A stretch of DNA of 38,291 nt from Oligoflexia bacterium (lineage in GTDB: Bacteria > Bdellovibrionota > Bdellovibrionia > JABDDW01). Every line of letters starts with the position of its first letter. Position 1 is the first letter of the stretch. The DNA is taken from positions 1 to 38,291 of the forward strand of contig JAYTHU010000058.1 of NCBI GenBank assembly GCA_043732305.1, in the 5' to 3' direction. Below the pieces are notes generated by a model. It did not search any database. It was given only the letters and a program-made list of their open reading frames with translations, and was not told the DNA's origin. Position numbers and translations under genes: made by a program. Below are positions 10,472-18,238 of the stretch, in pieces.

Positions 10472-10502
10472 AAGTCACATTTGAGATTTTGAGGTTCAAT
10501 AA

Positions 10503-11456
10503 GTGAAGGTTTTAGTGACCGGTGGTGCCGGATTTATTGGTAGTCATCTTTGCCTAAAGCTTTTAAAAAAGGGCCAAAAAGTTATCGCGATTGATGATTT
10601 AAGTCTTGGGCAGGAAAAATTCTTGGCGGCTTGCAGAGATTTTAAAACTTTTAAATTCGTCAAAAAAGACCTGCTGAATTTTTCTGACATCAAAAGTGAA
10701 TTTGCGGGAGTGAATCGCGTTTGGCATTTGGCTGCAAACTCTGACATTTTAGCCGGGGCCAATTCCACCGATCGTGATTTGAAAATGGGAACGCTTGCCA
10801 CATACAATGTGTTAGAAGCGATGCGATTGAACGAAGTGAAGGAATTTATTTTTGCTTCCACTAGCGCCATTTACGGTGAAGCTAGTATCAAGCCCACCCC
10901 AGAGAATTACGGACCTTTGCTTCCCATTAGTTTCTATGGAGCAAGCAAATTGGCATGTGAGGCTTTGGCTACCGCTTTTGCTCATAACTTCGGGATGAAG
11001 ACTTGGATTTATCGTTTCGCAAATATTGTGGGTCCGCACTCCACTCACGGTGTGATTCATGACTTTATCAAAAAATTGAAAAAGAATCCTGCCGCTTTGG
11101 AAATTTTAGGAAATGGACTTCAAGCAAAAAGCTACGTTCATGTGACAGACTGCTTGGATGCAATGGAATTGGGTTTGCAAAAATCTAACGAAGAAGTGAA
11201 TCTTTTTAATCTTGCAAGCAGTGGTCAGTGTCAAGTGAGTCGCATCGCGGATTTTGTGATTCGAGAGATGAAACTTGGTGCGGAAAAGAAATTCACTGGC
11301 GGCACTCAAGGTTGGAAGGGCGATGTGGCTCAGGTGATTTTAGATGGTAGTAAAATTCAAAGTATCGGATTCAAACCCAAGTTTGATAGCGAAGGCGCCG
11401 TCCACCAAGCCGTAAAAGACGTGATCAGCGACTCTTCACTAGGAATCAGTGATTAA
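10503..11456 (+). CDS. NAD-dependent nucleotide-sugar epimerase/dehydratase (extended SDR)
   Basis: TGGAGFIGSH, HLAA, STSAIYG and YGASK (YxxxK) motifs. Confidence 0.93.
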   Translation: MKVLVTGGAGFIGSHLCLKLLKKGQKVIAIDDLSLGQEKFLAACRDFKTFKFVKKDLLNFSDIKSEFAGVNRVWHLAANSDILAGANSTDRDLKMGTLATYNVLEAMRLNEVKEFIFASTSAIYGEASIKPTPENYGPLLPISFYGASKLACEALATAFAHNFGMKTWIYRFANIVGPHSTHGVIHDFIKKLKKNPAALEILGNGLQAKSYVHVTDCLDAMELGLQKSNEEVNLFNLASSGQCQVSRIADFVIREMKLGAEKKFTGGTQGWKGDVAQVILDGSKIQSIGFKPKFDSEGAVHQAVKDVISDSSLGISD

Positions 11457-11474
11457 AGAAATGAGATTTTTTAA

Positions 11475-12455
11475 ATGATAATTTCTAGAACACCTTTGAG
11501 ACTTAGTTTTGCTGGTGGTGGATCAGATCTACCAGCGTTTTTTGAAAATCAAGAAGGAGCTGTGTTGTCCACTTCAGTGGACAAATACATGTACCTGACA
11601 GTCAATCGACGCTTTGATTCGAGCATTCGATTGAGTTATTCCAGAACTGAGATTTGTTCAAACGTGGACGAGATTCAACACAGCATTTTTAAATACGTTC
11701 TTAAAAAGTATGCTCCTGAAGGTGGACTTGAGATCATCTCTATGGCCGATGTTCCTTCAGGAACTGGACTCGGATCCAGTTCGAGTTTTACCGTGGGACT
11801 GCTCCATGCACTCAATAGTTTCTTCGGGAAGTTTAAACCTAGTGAAGAGCTCGCCCGCGAAGCCTGTGAAATCGAGATCGAAAAACTCAAAGAGCCCATC
11901 GGAAAACAAGACCAATATATTTCTGCTTACGGAGGCCTTCAATTCATTCGCTTCATGCCCGATGGCGAAGTGTTTGTGGACCCGGTGGTTTGCTCGAGCA
12001 AAACTCGCAGCGAATTGGAAGCGAGTTGCATGATGGTTTTTACAGGTGTCACTCGAGATGCCAAATCCGTTTTGAGCGAACAAAAGACGAACACTCAGTC
12101 TGATCCTAAAAAGCAAGACGTGCTCAAAGAGATGGTCAAACACGCCCACCAAATGAAGAAAATTCTGGAAAATGGCGAGCCACTTTCCAGATTTGGAGAG
12201 CATCTTCATGAAGCTTGGACCCTGAAAAAATCAATGGCGTCTAATATTTCGACACCTGAGATAGACGATTGGTACAACATGGCTCGTGAAGCGGGCGCTA
12301 TAGGCGGAAAAATTTTAGGGGCTGGTAGTGGCGGCTTTCTCATGTTATTTTGTGAACGATCAAAGCAAAAGCGTGTGCTTGAAGCTGTAAAGGGCTTAAA
12401 GCTGTTAAACACGAAGTTTGAAAAACAAGGCAGTAAAATTATTTTCATGGAGTAA
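11475..12455 (+). CDS. hddA: GHMP sugar kinase, D-glycero-alpha-D-manno-heptose-7-phosphate kinase (HddA)-like
   Basis: RTPLRLSFAGGGSD, PSGTGLGSSSS, IGKQDQY and GGKILGAGSGGF motifs. Confidence 0.8.
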   Translation: MIISRTPLRLSFAGGGSDLPAFFENQEGAVLSTSVDKYMYLTVNRRFDSSIRLSYSRTEICSNVDEIQHSIFKYVLKKYAPEGGLEIISMADVPSGTGLGSSSSFTVGLLHALNSFFGKFKPSEELAREACEIEIEKLKEPIGKQDQYISAYGGLQFIRFMPDGEVFVDPVVCSSKTRSELEASCMMVFTGVTRDAKSVLSEQKTNTQSDPKKQDVLKEMVKHAHQMKKILENGEPLSRFGEHLHEAWTLKKSMASNISTPEIDDWYNMAREAGAIGGKILGAGSGGFLMLFCERSKQKRVLEAVKGLKLLNTKFEKQGSKIIFME

Positions 12456-12461
12456 AAATCT

Positions 12462-12836
12462 ATGCTTCACGGCGCAGAGATGATCAAGAATAACAAATTG
12501 GAAAGTTTCGATAATCGCACGACACATCGTCGTTACTGGGTTGAATTTTCTTGTCCTGAGTTCACTTGCCTTTGCCCCAAGAGTGGGTTTCCCGATTTTG
12601 CAACTATCAACATTCGTTATTCTCCTGACCTAAAATGCGTCGAGCTCAAAAGTTTGAAACTTTACATCAATCAATTTCGTGATAAAAATGTTTTTCATGA
12701 AGACGTCACCAACAATATTATGGATGACCTCGTGAAACTTTTAGATCCTTGGGAAATTGAAGTTGTTGGAGACTTCAATGTGCGCGGCAATATCAAGACT
12801 ATCATTCGCGCTAATCATAAAAAAGCTGGCGCCTGA
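12462..12836 (+). CDS. queF: preQ1 synthase (7-cyano-7-deazaguanine reductase), short type I
   Basis: PEFTCLCPKSGFPDFA, VELKSLKLY, HE and FNVRGNI motifs. Confidence 0.93.
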   Translation: MLHGAEMIKNNKLESFDNRTTHRRYWVEFSCPEFTCLCPKSGFPDFATINIRYSPDLKCVELKSLKLYINQFRDKNVFHEDVTNNIMDDLVKLLDPWEIEVVGDFNVRGNIKTIIRANHKKAGA

Positions 12837-12897
12837 TTGGGTGGACTTGACGCAGCGTTTTCTGGACGTCGCGGAACTTGAAGAGAAAACTATTCGT

Positions 12898-13545
12898 TTA
12901 AATACTTATCCAAAATCCACGCAGGACGGTGTCTCGTTCGAGAGGAAATTCAAAATCCAACGGCGGTTTGACTTTTTCCAATCGCACAAACGTAAAACCA
13001 AGTTTTAGCGCCACTTCTTCAATAATTTTAGCAACGTGTGATGGTGAAAGTTCTTCATCATTGTAGGTGAAGAGAATTCGACCTTCTTTTTCGAGACATT
13101 TCAGTGAAGTTTCGATCATGGGGGCCAGTTTTTCAGCGAGGCGGAAAATTTCGCCTTTAGCGCGTGAGAAGGTGGGTGGATCCAAAAGGATCATGTCGAA
13201 CTTTCGGCCACGTTTCATGCAAGAATTTAGAAAAAACAAAGTGTCCGCAGTGAAGAATTCATATTTTTCAGGATCTAGACCATTCAGTTTGAAATTGTCT
13301 TTTCCCCAATCCAAAGATTGTTTGGAGGTGTCCACACTGACTACTTCGGCGGCTCCACCCATTGCGGCAGCAACGGAAAAACCACAGGTGTAGCTGAAAA
13401 AATTTGCTACTTTTTTACCGTGTGTGGTTTCTCTCACTTCTTCGCGGTTTTCTCTTTGGTCTAAAAATAATCCAGAGCTCATTCCCTGAGAATGTCTTAG
13501 GTCAAACGAAATACCATTCTCGGTAATAGTCCATTGCAAAGGCAT
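12898..13545 (-). CDS. SAM-dependent rRNA methyltransferase (RlmI/RlmK-like) domain, probably the C-terminal half of an interrupted fusion
   Basis: GLFLDQRENR, NFFSYTCGFSV and LDPPTF motifs. Same frame as the upstream ORF, separated only by TAA-AAA. Confidence 0.85.
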   Translation of the reverse strand: MPLQWTITENGISFDLRHSQGMSSGLFLDQRENREEVRETTHGKKVANFFSYTCGFSVAAAMGGAAEVVSVDTSKQSLDWGKDNFKLNGLDPEKYEFFTADTLFFLNSCMKRGRKFDMILLDPPTFSRAKGEIFRLAEKLAPMIETSLKCLEKEGRILFTYNDEELSPSHVAKIIEEVALKLGFTFVRLEKVKPPLDFEFPLERDTVLRGFWISI

Positions 13546-13548
13546 TTT

Positions 13549-14496
13549 TTATGACGCTTGTACTCGTAAATCAGTTTCTTCGGTCATACTTTTTGTATTT
13601 CCACGATTGACCATCTGACGTAAAAACCAGTGTGAGCAGAGGGTCACGTCCGCTAGAAAATCTAGGAGTTCAATAGACAAATAAGCTGACGCCGACTGAT
13701 GCGGGGAATAGGTCATGACTTGTAAAATATCGCCAAGTTTTTCGATCACTATAGGCAGTCGGGGAAACCACTCGCGATGACAAAGTCTAAATGCATTTGT
13801 CCCGCCATTTGGCTGCGCCATCAAAAACCGTCTGCGATCAAAACTGATCATAAATTTTATAGCCGCGTCTTGAATCGGTGGAACGAGAGCGAGATATTTT
13901 TTTTCAATCCGCTGATCCATCAAAAACGCTATGGGCAGGGGAGACTGAATCTTAGTGTTGTCGATGGTGAGTTCCCAAGAATGAAGCATCAGCCGATGAA
14001 AAGGTTTTCCACCGTGCTCGGGATCTCCCAAAATGGGCAAACCTGATTTCTGCGCGTGAATTCTAATCTGGTGAGTTTTTCCAGTGGAAATTTCTGCTTC
14101 ATAAATGTAGCCGAGGCAATTCTTTCCAATTTTAGCAAAAGTTGTTTTGCTATTTACCTCGCCATCGACCAAATCGAATTTGTGACTTCCCACCTTTTCA
14201 ATTCTGCCTTCAAAGGACCAAACACTCTGAGGAGAATCATTGGGAGAAATAAAAACATATTTTTTGATGCTGGCTTTGAGTTTTTCTGACCAGGCTTCGA
14301 CACCTTCAGAACTAGTGCTACAAATGATGCAGCCTGAAGTGTCACGGTCCAAACGGTGCACGGCCCAGAGTTTTTCTCCGAGCAAGCGTTCTGCTGACTC
14401 AGTGAAGCCTGCAGTCACACCACTATCAGGGGTGTGTGTGGACATTCCGGCAGGTTTATCTAGAATAAGGGCACTTTTGAAACTACGTAGAATCAT
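13549..14496 (-). CDS. RluA-family pseudouridine synthase plus N-terminal part of an RlmI/K-type methyltransferase
   Basis: DKPAG, HRLDRDTSG, TGKTHQIRIH, PILGD and LMLH motifs. The C-terminal AFRLCHRE...IEKLGD resembles the RlmI/K pre-catalytic domain. GAGGA RBS. Confidence 0.85.
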   Translation of the reverse strand: MILRSFKSALILDKPAGMSTHTPDSGVTAGFTESAERLLGEKLWAVHRLDRDTSGCIICSTSSEGVEAWSEKLKASIKKYVFISPNDSPQSVWSFEGRIEKVGSHKFDLVDGEVNSKTTFAKIGKNCLGYIYEAEISTGKTHQIRIHAQKSGLPILGDPEHGGKPFHRLMLHSWELTIDNTKIQSPLPIAFLMDQRIEKKYLALVPPIQDAAIKFMISFDRRRFLMAQPNGGTNAFRLCHREWFPRLPIVIEKLGDILQVMTYSPHQSASAYLSIELLDFLADVTLCSHWFLRQMVNRGNTKSMTEETDLRVQAS

Positions 14497-14630
14497 GACT
14501 ATTCCTCAATGAATTTGGGCCGATACTGTCATGCGGCATAATTCTAAGCAATCCTTAAATAAAATACTTACCAACCCGCAAAATATTCTCTTTACCTAAT
14601 TACAATTTACCTTTCTAATAATCTCAACTG

Positions 14631-14785
14631 GCAGCATTTTTGTCGGGGGGACGCCCGGCACTACTTTCTCGAGACACTTGAGTAGAGGTGAGTAGCCCGG
14701 CGTATGACAAAATTTGAAACTGCAGGGAGAGGGGTTTACGGGGGGTAATAGCCTCGGTGCCCATGGATGGGCTTCTCTTCTTTTT
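14631..14785 (+). ncRNA. Candidate structured non-coding RNA or 5' leader of unrecognised family
   Basis: GC-rich island in an AT-rich intergenic region. Nested stems: GCAG/CTGC, TTTTGTC/GACAAAA, ACGCC/GGCGT, CTACTT/GAGTAG, CTCGAG/CTTGAG. These are followed by a branched domain and a U-tract. G-U pairs favour the + strand. Confidence 0.6.
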
Positions 14786-14821
14786 AACCGGCTCTGCCGA
14801 AGATAAACCGGCTCTTGCCGG
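14786..14821 (+). repeat. Two tandem mini-hairpin repeats AACCGGCTC(T)TGCCG
   Basis: aaccggctctgccg (14786-14799) and aaccggctcttgccg (14806-14820). Each folds as CGGC/GCCG. Confidence 0.8.
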
Positions 14822-14848
14822 AATGTATTTAACAGATGGAATAACACA

Positions 14849-15343
14849 ATGCCGAACACACACGCAAATGCCGCGACATCCGAAAACAAAGCTCTCGTCT
14901 TTCAAAAAGTTGGAATCTTTGTCGATGCCGAAAATATTGAAACTTCGGGCCTGAAACATCACAAAGGCCGAACCGATTATAAAAAAGTTTTAGAAAATGT
15001 TGGCGATAGAGAAATTCTCCGGATTATTTATTACAAGCCAGAATTTAAAGAAATTTCCGAAGAGTTTAAAACTTTTTGGGGACGCCTTGGCGGAGAAATA
15101 AAAACTCCCGTTAAAAATGCCGATTGTTTCTTGATTATTGATGCCGTCACCATGGCAGATAAACTCGATGTGGTTATCATTCTTGGCGGAGATAAGGATT
15201 ATCTCCCTTTGATCTGGTATCTAAAGAGCCGCGGTTGCAAAGTGGAAATTTGGGCTTGGCCTGAAGCCACCAGTGACAGTGTCAAAGAATCAGCCGATGT
15301 CTTTGTCGCTCTCGATAAAAAATATATCATGGCTTCTCGCTAA
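14849..15343 (+). CDS. Stand-alone NYN-domain (LabA/DUF88, PIN-like) ribonuclease
   Basis: IFVDAEN, KNAD..IID, GGDKDYLPL...GCKV and ADVF motifs. The acidic active-site residues are retained. Confidence 0.9.
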   Translation: MPNTHANAATSENKALVFQKVGIFVDAENIETSGLKHHKGRTDYKKVLENVGDREILRIIYYKPEFKEISEEFKTFWGRLGGEIKTPVKNADCFLIIDAVTMADKLDVVIILGGDKDYLPLIWYLKSRGCKVEIWAWPEATSDSVKESADVFVALDKKYIMASR

Positions 15344-15347
15344 GATA

Positions 15348-16994
15348 TTATTTCTCACTCGCGATACCGCGAATATCATCTTTATTATGATCACCTGACA
15401 ATTGATCGGGCATCATGCCGAGCGATTCTGCGTTGTTTTGCTCACGAGTTGAGATGAGTGAGAGCCATTGAGCGCCGTAGCGACGAATGGCTGGACTATG
15501 CGCCCAACCCCAGAGTGGGTTTTCATTGTCTAAAAATTTTGATTTTTCTAACAATGTGACTGGCTTTTCTTCTTGTGAAGCGACGTAAAAATCCATAGCC
15601 GTGAAAATTTGCGATTCAAAGCCTGAGGATGGTGAGATGTCTTTTTTAAACCCATTCCATTGGTTTTTAGAAAACTTATCCGATTTGATTTTTTTCCAAA
15701 CCCATGCCAATTTTGCAGCATTGGTAGTGAGTTTTGGATTTTTTGAATTCTCACAGCCCTGATTCCAATTTTTCCAAAAAGGATTTTGCCCACAATAAGA
15801 AACATCAGCGGTATTGCATTTATGAAAAGCAGTTGCCTGGCAGCTCACTTCGGTCAGTTGATCTTGAATGATTGGTGCGAGCGGGTTGGCGTGAGTTTCT
15901 TGAGTCATTTCTGAACTGACTAAATTTGCTGCCTGTTCAAATTCGCCACGTTTGCAAAGTTTGCGGATGAGATGAGTTTTTAGAGCCATATAGGCCACTG
16001 TGTTAGGACTCATCGTGTTGAGCGCTCGCTCCAAAACATCGAGTTGCAATTGATAATGATTGTCACCAACGGATACTTCCGCTTTGTACAATAGTTGAAT
16101 CACTTCTAACGCTTTTCCAGTTTTTCCCACCTTGGTTTGCATCTCACTCAATAATGCGCCGAGAAGCTGAGATGTTTGGCAAAATTCACTCTCTGCATAT
16201 TGTTTCCGGCAGAGGAAATTTTCATTTGAGAGCATGCGCGTTTTATAAAAATGAAATCGATCACTGACTGGAAGTTTCTTGGCTTGCGCGAAGTAAGCCA
16301 ACTGTGCCGCCATTTTTTCCTCGTCTATTGAAGAGGATTTAATAAAGTGCGGATCGAATTGGTCTATTAAAATGAGCCATGATTCGTCCTGTAACGTCAC
16401 AAGATTGGTGAAGTGACTGCGATCGAGTTTCTGAAATTGGAAAAATATCAGCAAGGATAAAACTGAGAAAAATACCATCGACACAAGAGCTGCCCAGCTG
16501 TGGCCAATTGCCTTTTCAGTCAATCCTGCAGGGGACGAAACATGAATTTTCTCAACATCGATGACAATGGTTTCAGAAACAATGTCATGCCACGCGCGTC
16601 TATCACTTCGAGACAATATAGTGCTCCAGCCCGCTCCAATAGAGAGCGCGCCAAGCCACCAGATGGATTGTCTCGCCAAGATTTGCCAGGCACTGAGAGG
16701 AGCGTCGGGATTAGCGTTTTGAATCTGCATCGCAAACGCTTTTTTACCAAGTGTGGTTCCTGTGAAATAAATCATCACACACTGATAAACAAACGTAGCC
16801 ATCGGCCACAATACAGCTACCAAAATAATCCATTGTGCCGTCCATGATTTTTCTCTGAATAAAAAAGTGAGGAAAAGCAAAATTGCTGAAAGAACCAATG
16901 CTTGATCTATAAGTTGCGATGCAAGGCGAATCCAAGGGTTCGCAACTTTCCATTGGTCAAAAGCGCGTCTGCGGGGAGATGTGGGTTCGGACAT
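15348..16994 (-). CDS. RDD-family membrane protein with large C-terminal soluble domain
   Basis: RLASQLID, GTTLGKKAF and RRAWHDIVSET RDD motifs. GGAAGG RBS favours ATG 16994 over 17009. Confidence 0.8.
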   Translation of the reverse strand: MSEPTSPRRRAFDQWKVANPWIRLASQLIDQALVLSAILLFLTFLFREKSWTAQWIILVAVLWPMATFVYQCVMIYFTGTTLGKKAFAMQIQNANPDAPLSAWQILARQSIWWLGALSIGAGWSTILSRSDRRAWHDIVSETIVIDVEKIHVSSPAGLTEKAIGHSWAALVSMVFFSVLSLLIFFQFQKLDRSHFTNLVTLQDESWLILIDQFDPHFIKSSSIDEEKMAAQLAYFAQAKKLPVSDRFHFYKTRMLSNENFLCRKQYAESEFCQTSQLLGALLSEMQTKVGKTGKALEVIQLLYKAEVSVGDNHYQLQLDVLERALNTMSPNTVAYMALKTHLIRKLCKRGEFEQAANLVSSEMTQETHANPLAPIIQDQLTEVSCQATAFHKCNTADVSYCGQNPFWKNWNQGCENSKNPKLTTNAAKLAWVWKKIKSDKFSKNQWNGFKKDISPSSGFESQIFTAMDFYVASQEEKPVTLLEKSKFLDNENPLWGWAHSPAIRRYGAQWLSLISTREQNNAESLGMMPDQLSGDHNKDDIRGIASEK

Positions 16995-17082
16995 GCTGTT
17001 TCCTTCCATGGAATAGCGAGGTGAGTACCGCTATTCAGTCTACACGATTTCAAAATTTATTTGAACGTGACGAAGGTCGAGA

Positions 17083-17742
17083 TTAATGGGAGGCGGTGCT
17101 CCGGGATGGCTCTTCAAAAGCACCGTAGATTTGGGGGTAAACCAAATTGTAGGTGGCCGAAACTTTGAGAGCATTTCCCGATTTTTTTAGAACGCCCACA
17201 AGCAAGGAGTCTTTGTACCAATATTTCAACTTTTTGACTTTTCCACGGCAAGTGAAATGTGCTTTCACTTCCATGCGAGGTCCTAAAGGCTTCTTGGTTG
17301 AGCATTCGTGGACTTGGATTTGTGTATCTACAGGAGCGCAAGTAGTAGCGTTTGGTGATTCAAGAGGAATCATCGAGAAGCATTTGCTGCCTTTGACGGC
17401 GGTTATTTCCGACGCAATAGATCGTTGAGGGAGCATTGAAAACGACTTTGACAATATCAATTGGGAAACGCCGTCGAACTTTGCGAACTCGCCAACAAGC
17501 ATTTTGTTTTTATATTGGAGGTTAATACTGATGGGCACGCGAAGGCAATCTACCCCCCAGGTAGCATCGAAAACCTTTGCGACCTGATTGGTTTCACAAT
17601 TTTTAATCTCCGCGTGTCCCTGTACCGGTCCGCAAGTTTTGTCTGTGACTGGCTGAACCGTTTTGACGTTGAAACAAATCTGCTGATCCGCAAATGCTGG
17701 CAAAGAGAGGAGTGTGACCAAAATGAGTAGTGGTGTCTTCAT
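17083..17742 (-). CDS. Exported Cys-rich protein with two internal repeats
   Basis: Signal peptide ending AFA. Two ~95-aa modules, each with four Cys. Confidence 0.75.
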   Translation of the reverse strand: MKTPLLILVTLLSLPAFADQQICFNVKTVQPVTDKTCGPVQGHAEIKNCETNQVAKVFDATWGVDCLRVPISINLQYKNKMLVGEFAKFDGVSQLILSKSFSMLPQRSIASEITAVKGSKCFSMIPLESPNATTCAPVDTQIQVHECSTKKPLGPRMEVKAHFTCRGKVKKLKYWYKDSLLVGVLKKSGNALKVSATYNLVYPQIYGAFEEPSRSTASH

Positions 17743-17864
17743 GTATTAAGTTTCGGAGCTTGTCAGAGGAAGCTGAAAAAGAAATCTCAGAAACTCCTAA
17801 TTTCTGGTGATTTCTGGACTTTAATCCTTTAAATTGCCGGGATCCTCTTAAATTTTCCACATGT

Positions 17865-17941
17865 GGAGCCGTAGCTCAGCTGGATAGAGCATCAGACTTC
17901 GAATCTGAGGGTCGTAGGTTCGAATCCTACCGGCTTCACCA
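17865..17941 (+). tRNA. tRNA-Arg (anticodon TCG)
   Basis: Acceptor stem GGAGCCG/CGGCTTC. D-arm GCTC/GAGC. Anticodon arm TCAGA-CTTCGAA-TCTGA. T-arm GTAGG-TTCGAAT-CCTAC. Encoded CCA. Confidence 0.97.
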
Positions 17942-18178
17942 CTTGTTAACGAAATACTTCAAATTGAAAGTAGAGCCAATCCCATCAATAGGCACGCGAG
18001 ATTTAAATTTCTCACTCTCAAAATAGTGAAAATTACTTAGAAAATCTGGAGTCTCTTAAGCGCTTGATATCTATAGTAATTCGAGTATTTTAATTTATTC
18101 CGCATGCAGAATAAATGTGTAACGCAAAAATTATCTGTGTTTTGACACCAACGGTATAACAATAACACTGGCTCATTT

Positions 18179-18196
18179 GGCCTATAGGCCTATAGT
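18179..18196 (+). promoter_or_regulatory. Palindromic operator-like site overlapping a -10-like TATAGT
   Basis: GGCCTATAGGCC (18179-18190) and CTATAGGCCTATAG (18182-18195) are perfect palindromes. Located upstream of the XRE HTH gene. Confidence 0.45.
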
Positions 18197-18238
18197 TAGG
18201 GGATGTCATAATCGATAGAACATAGGTGCAGTAAGTAA

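Noticed and set aside
14631..14785. Assignment as SRP RNA, 6S RNA or a known riboswitch
   Set aside because: No SRP CAGG/GGAA/AGCA core, no single end-to-end rod with a central bubble, and no recognisable aptamer consensus by eye. An Rfam scan is still needed.
14786..14821. Mini CRISPR array
   Set aside because: Only two 14-15-nt repeats with a 6-nt gap, and no cas genes.
14596..14962. Short ORFs overlapping the structured element (14596-14889, 14624-14962, 14757-14954)
   Set aside because: No protein motifs, and they overlap the NYN gene. Likely by-products of GC-rich sequence.
17011..17036. Hairpin GAATAGCG/CGCTATTC sharing GAGGTGAGTA with the candidate RNA (14686-14695)
   Set aside because: The hairpin is real but lacks a U-tract, and a single 10-nt match is compatible with chance.
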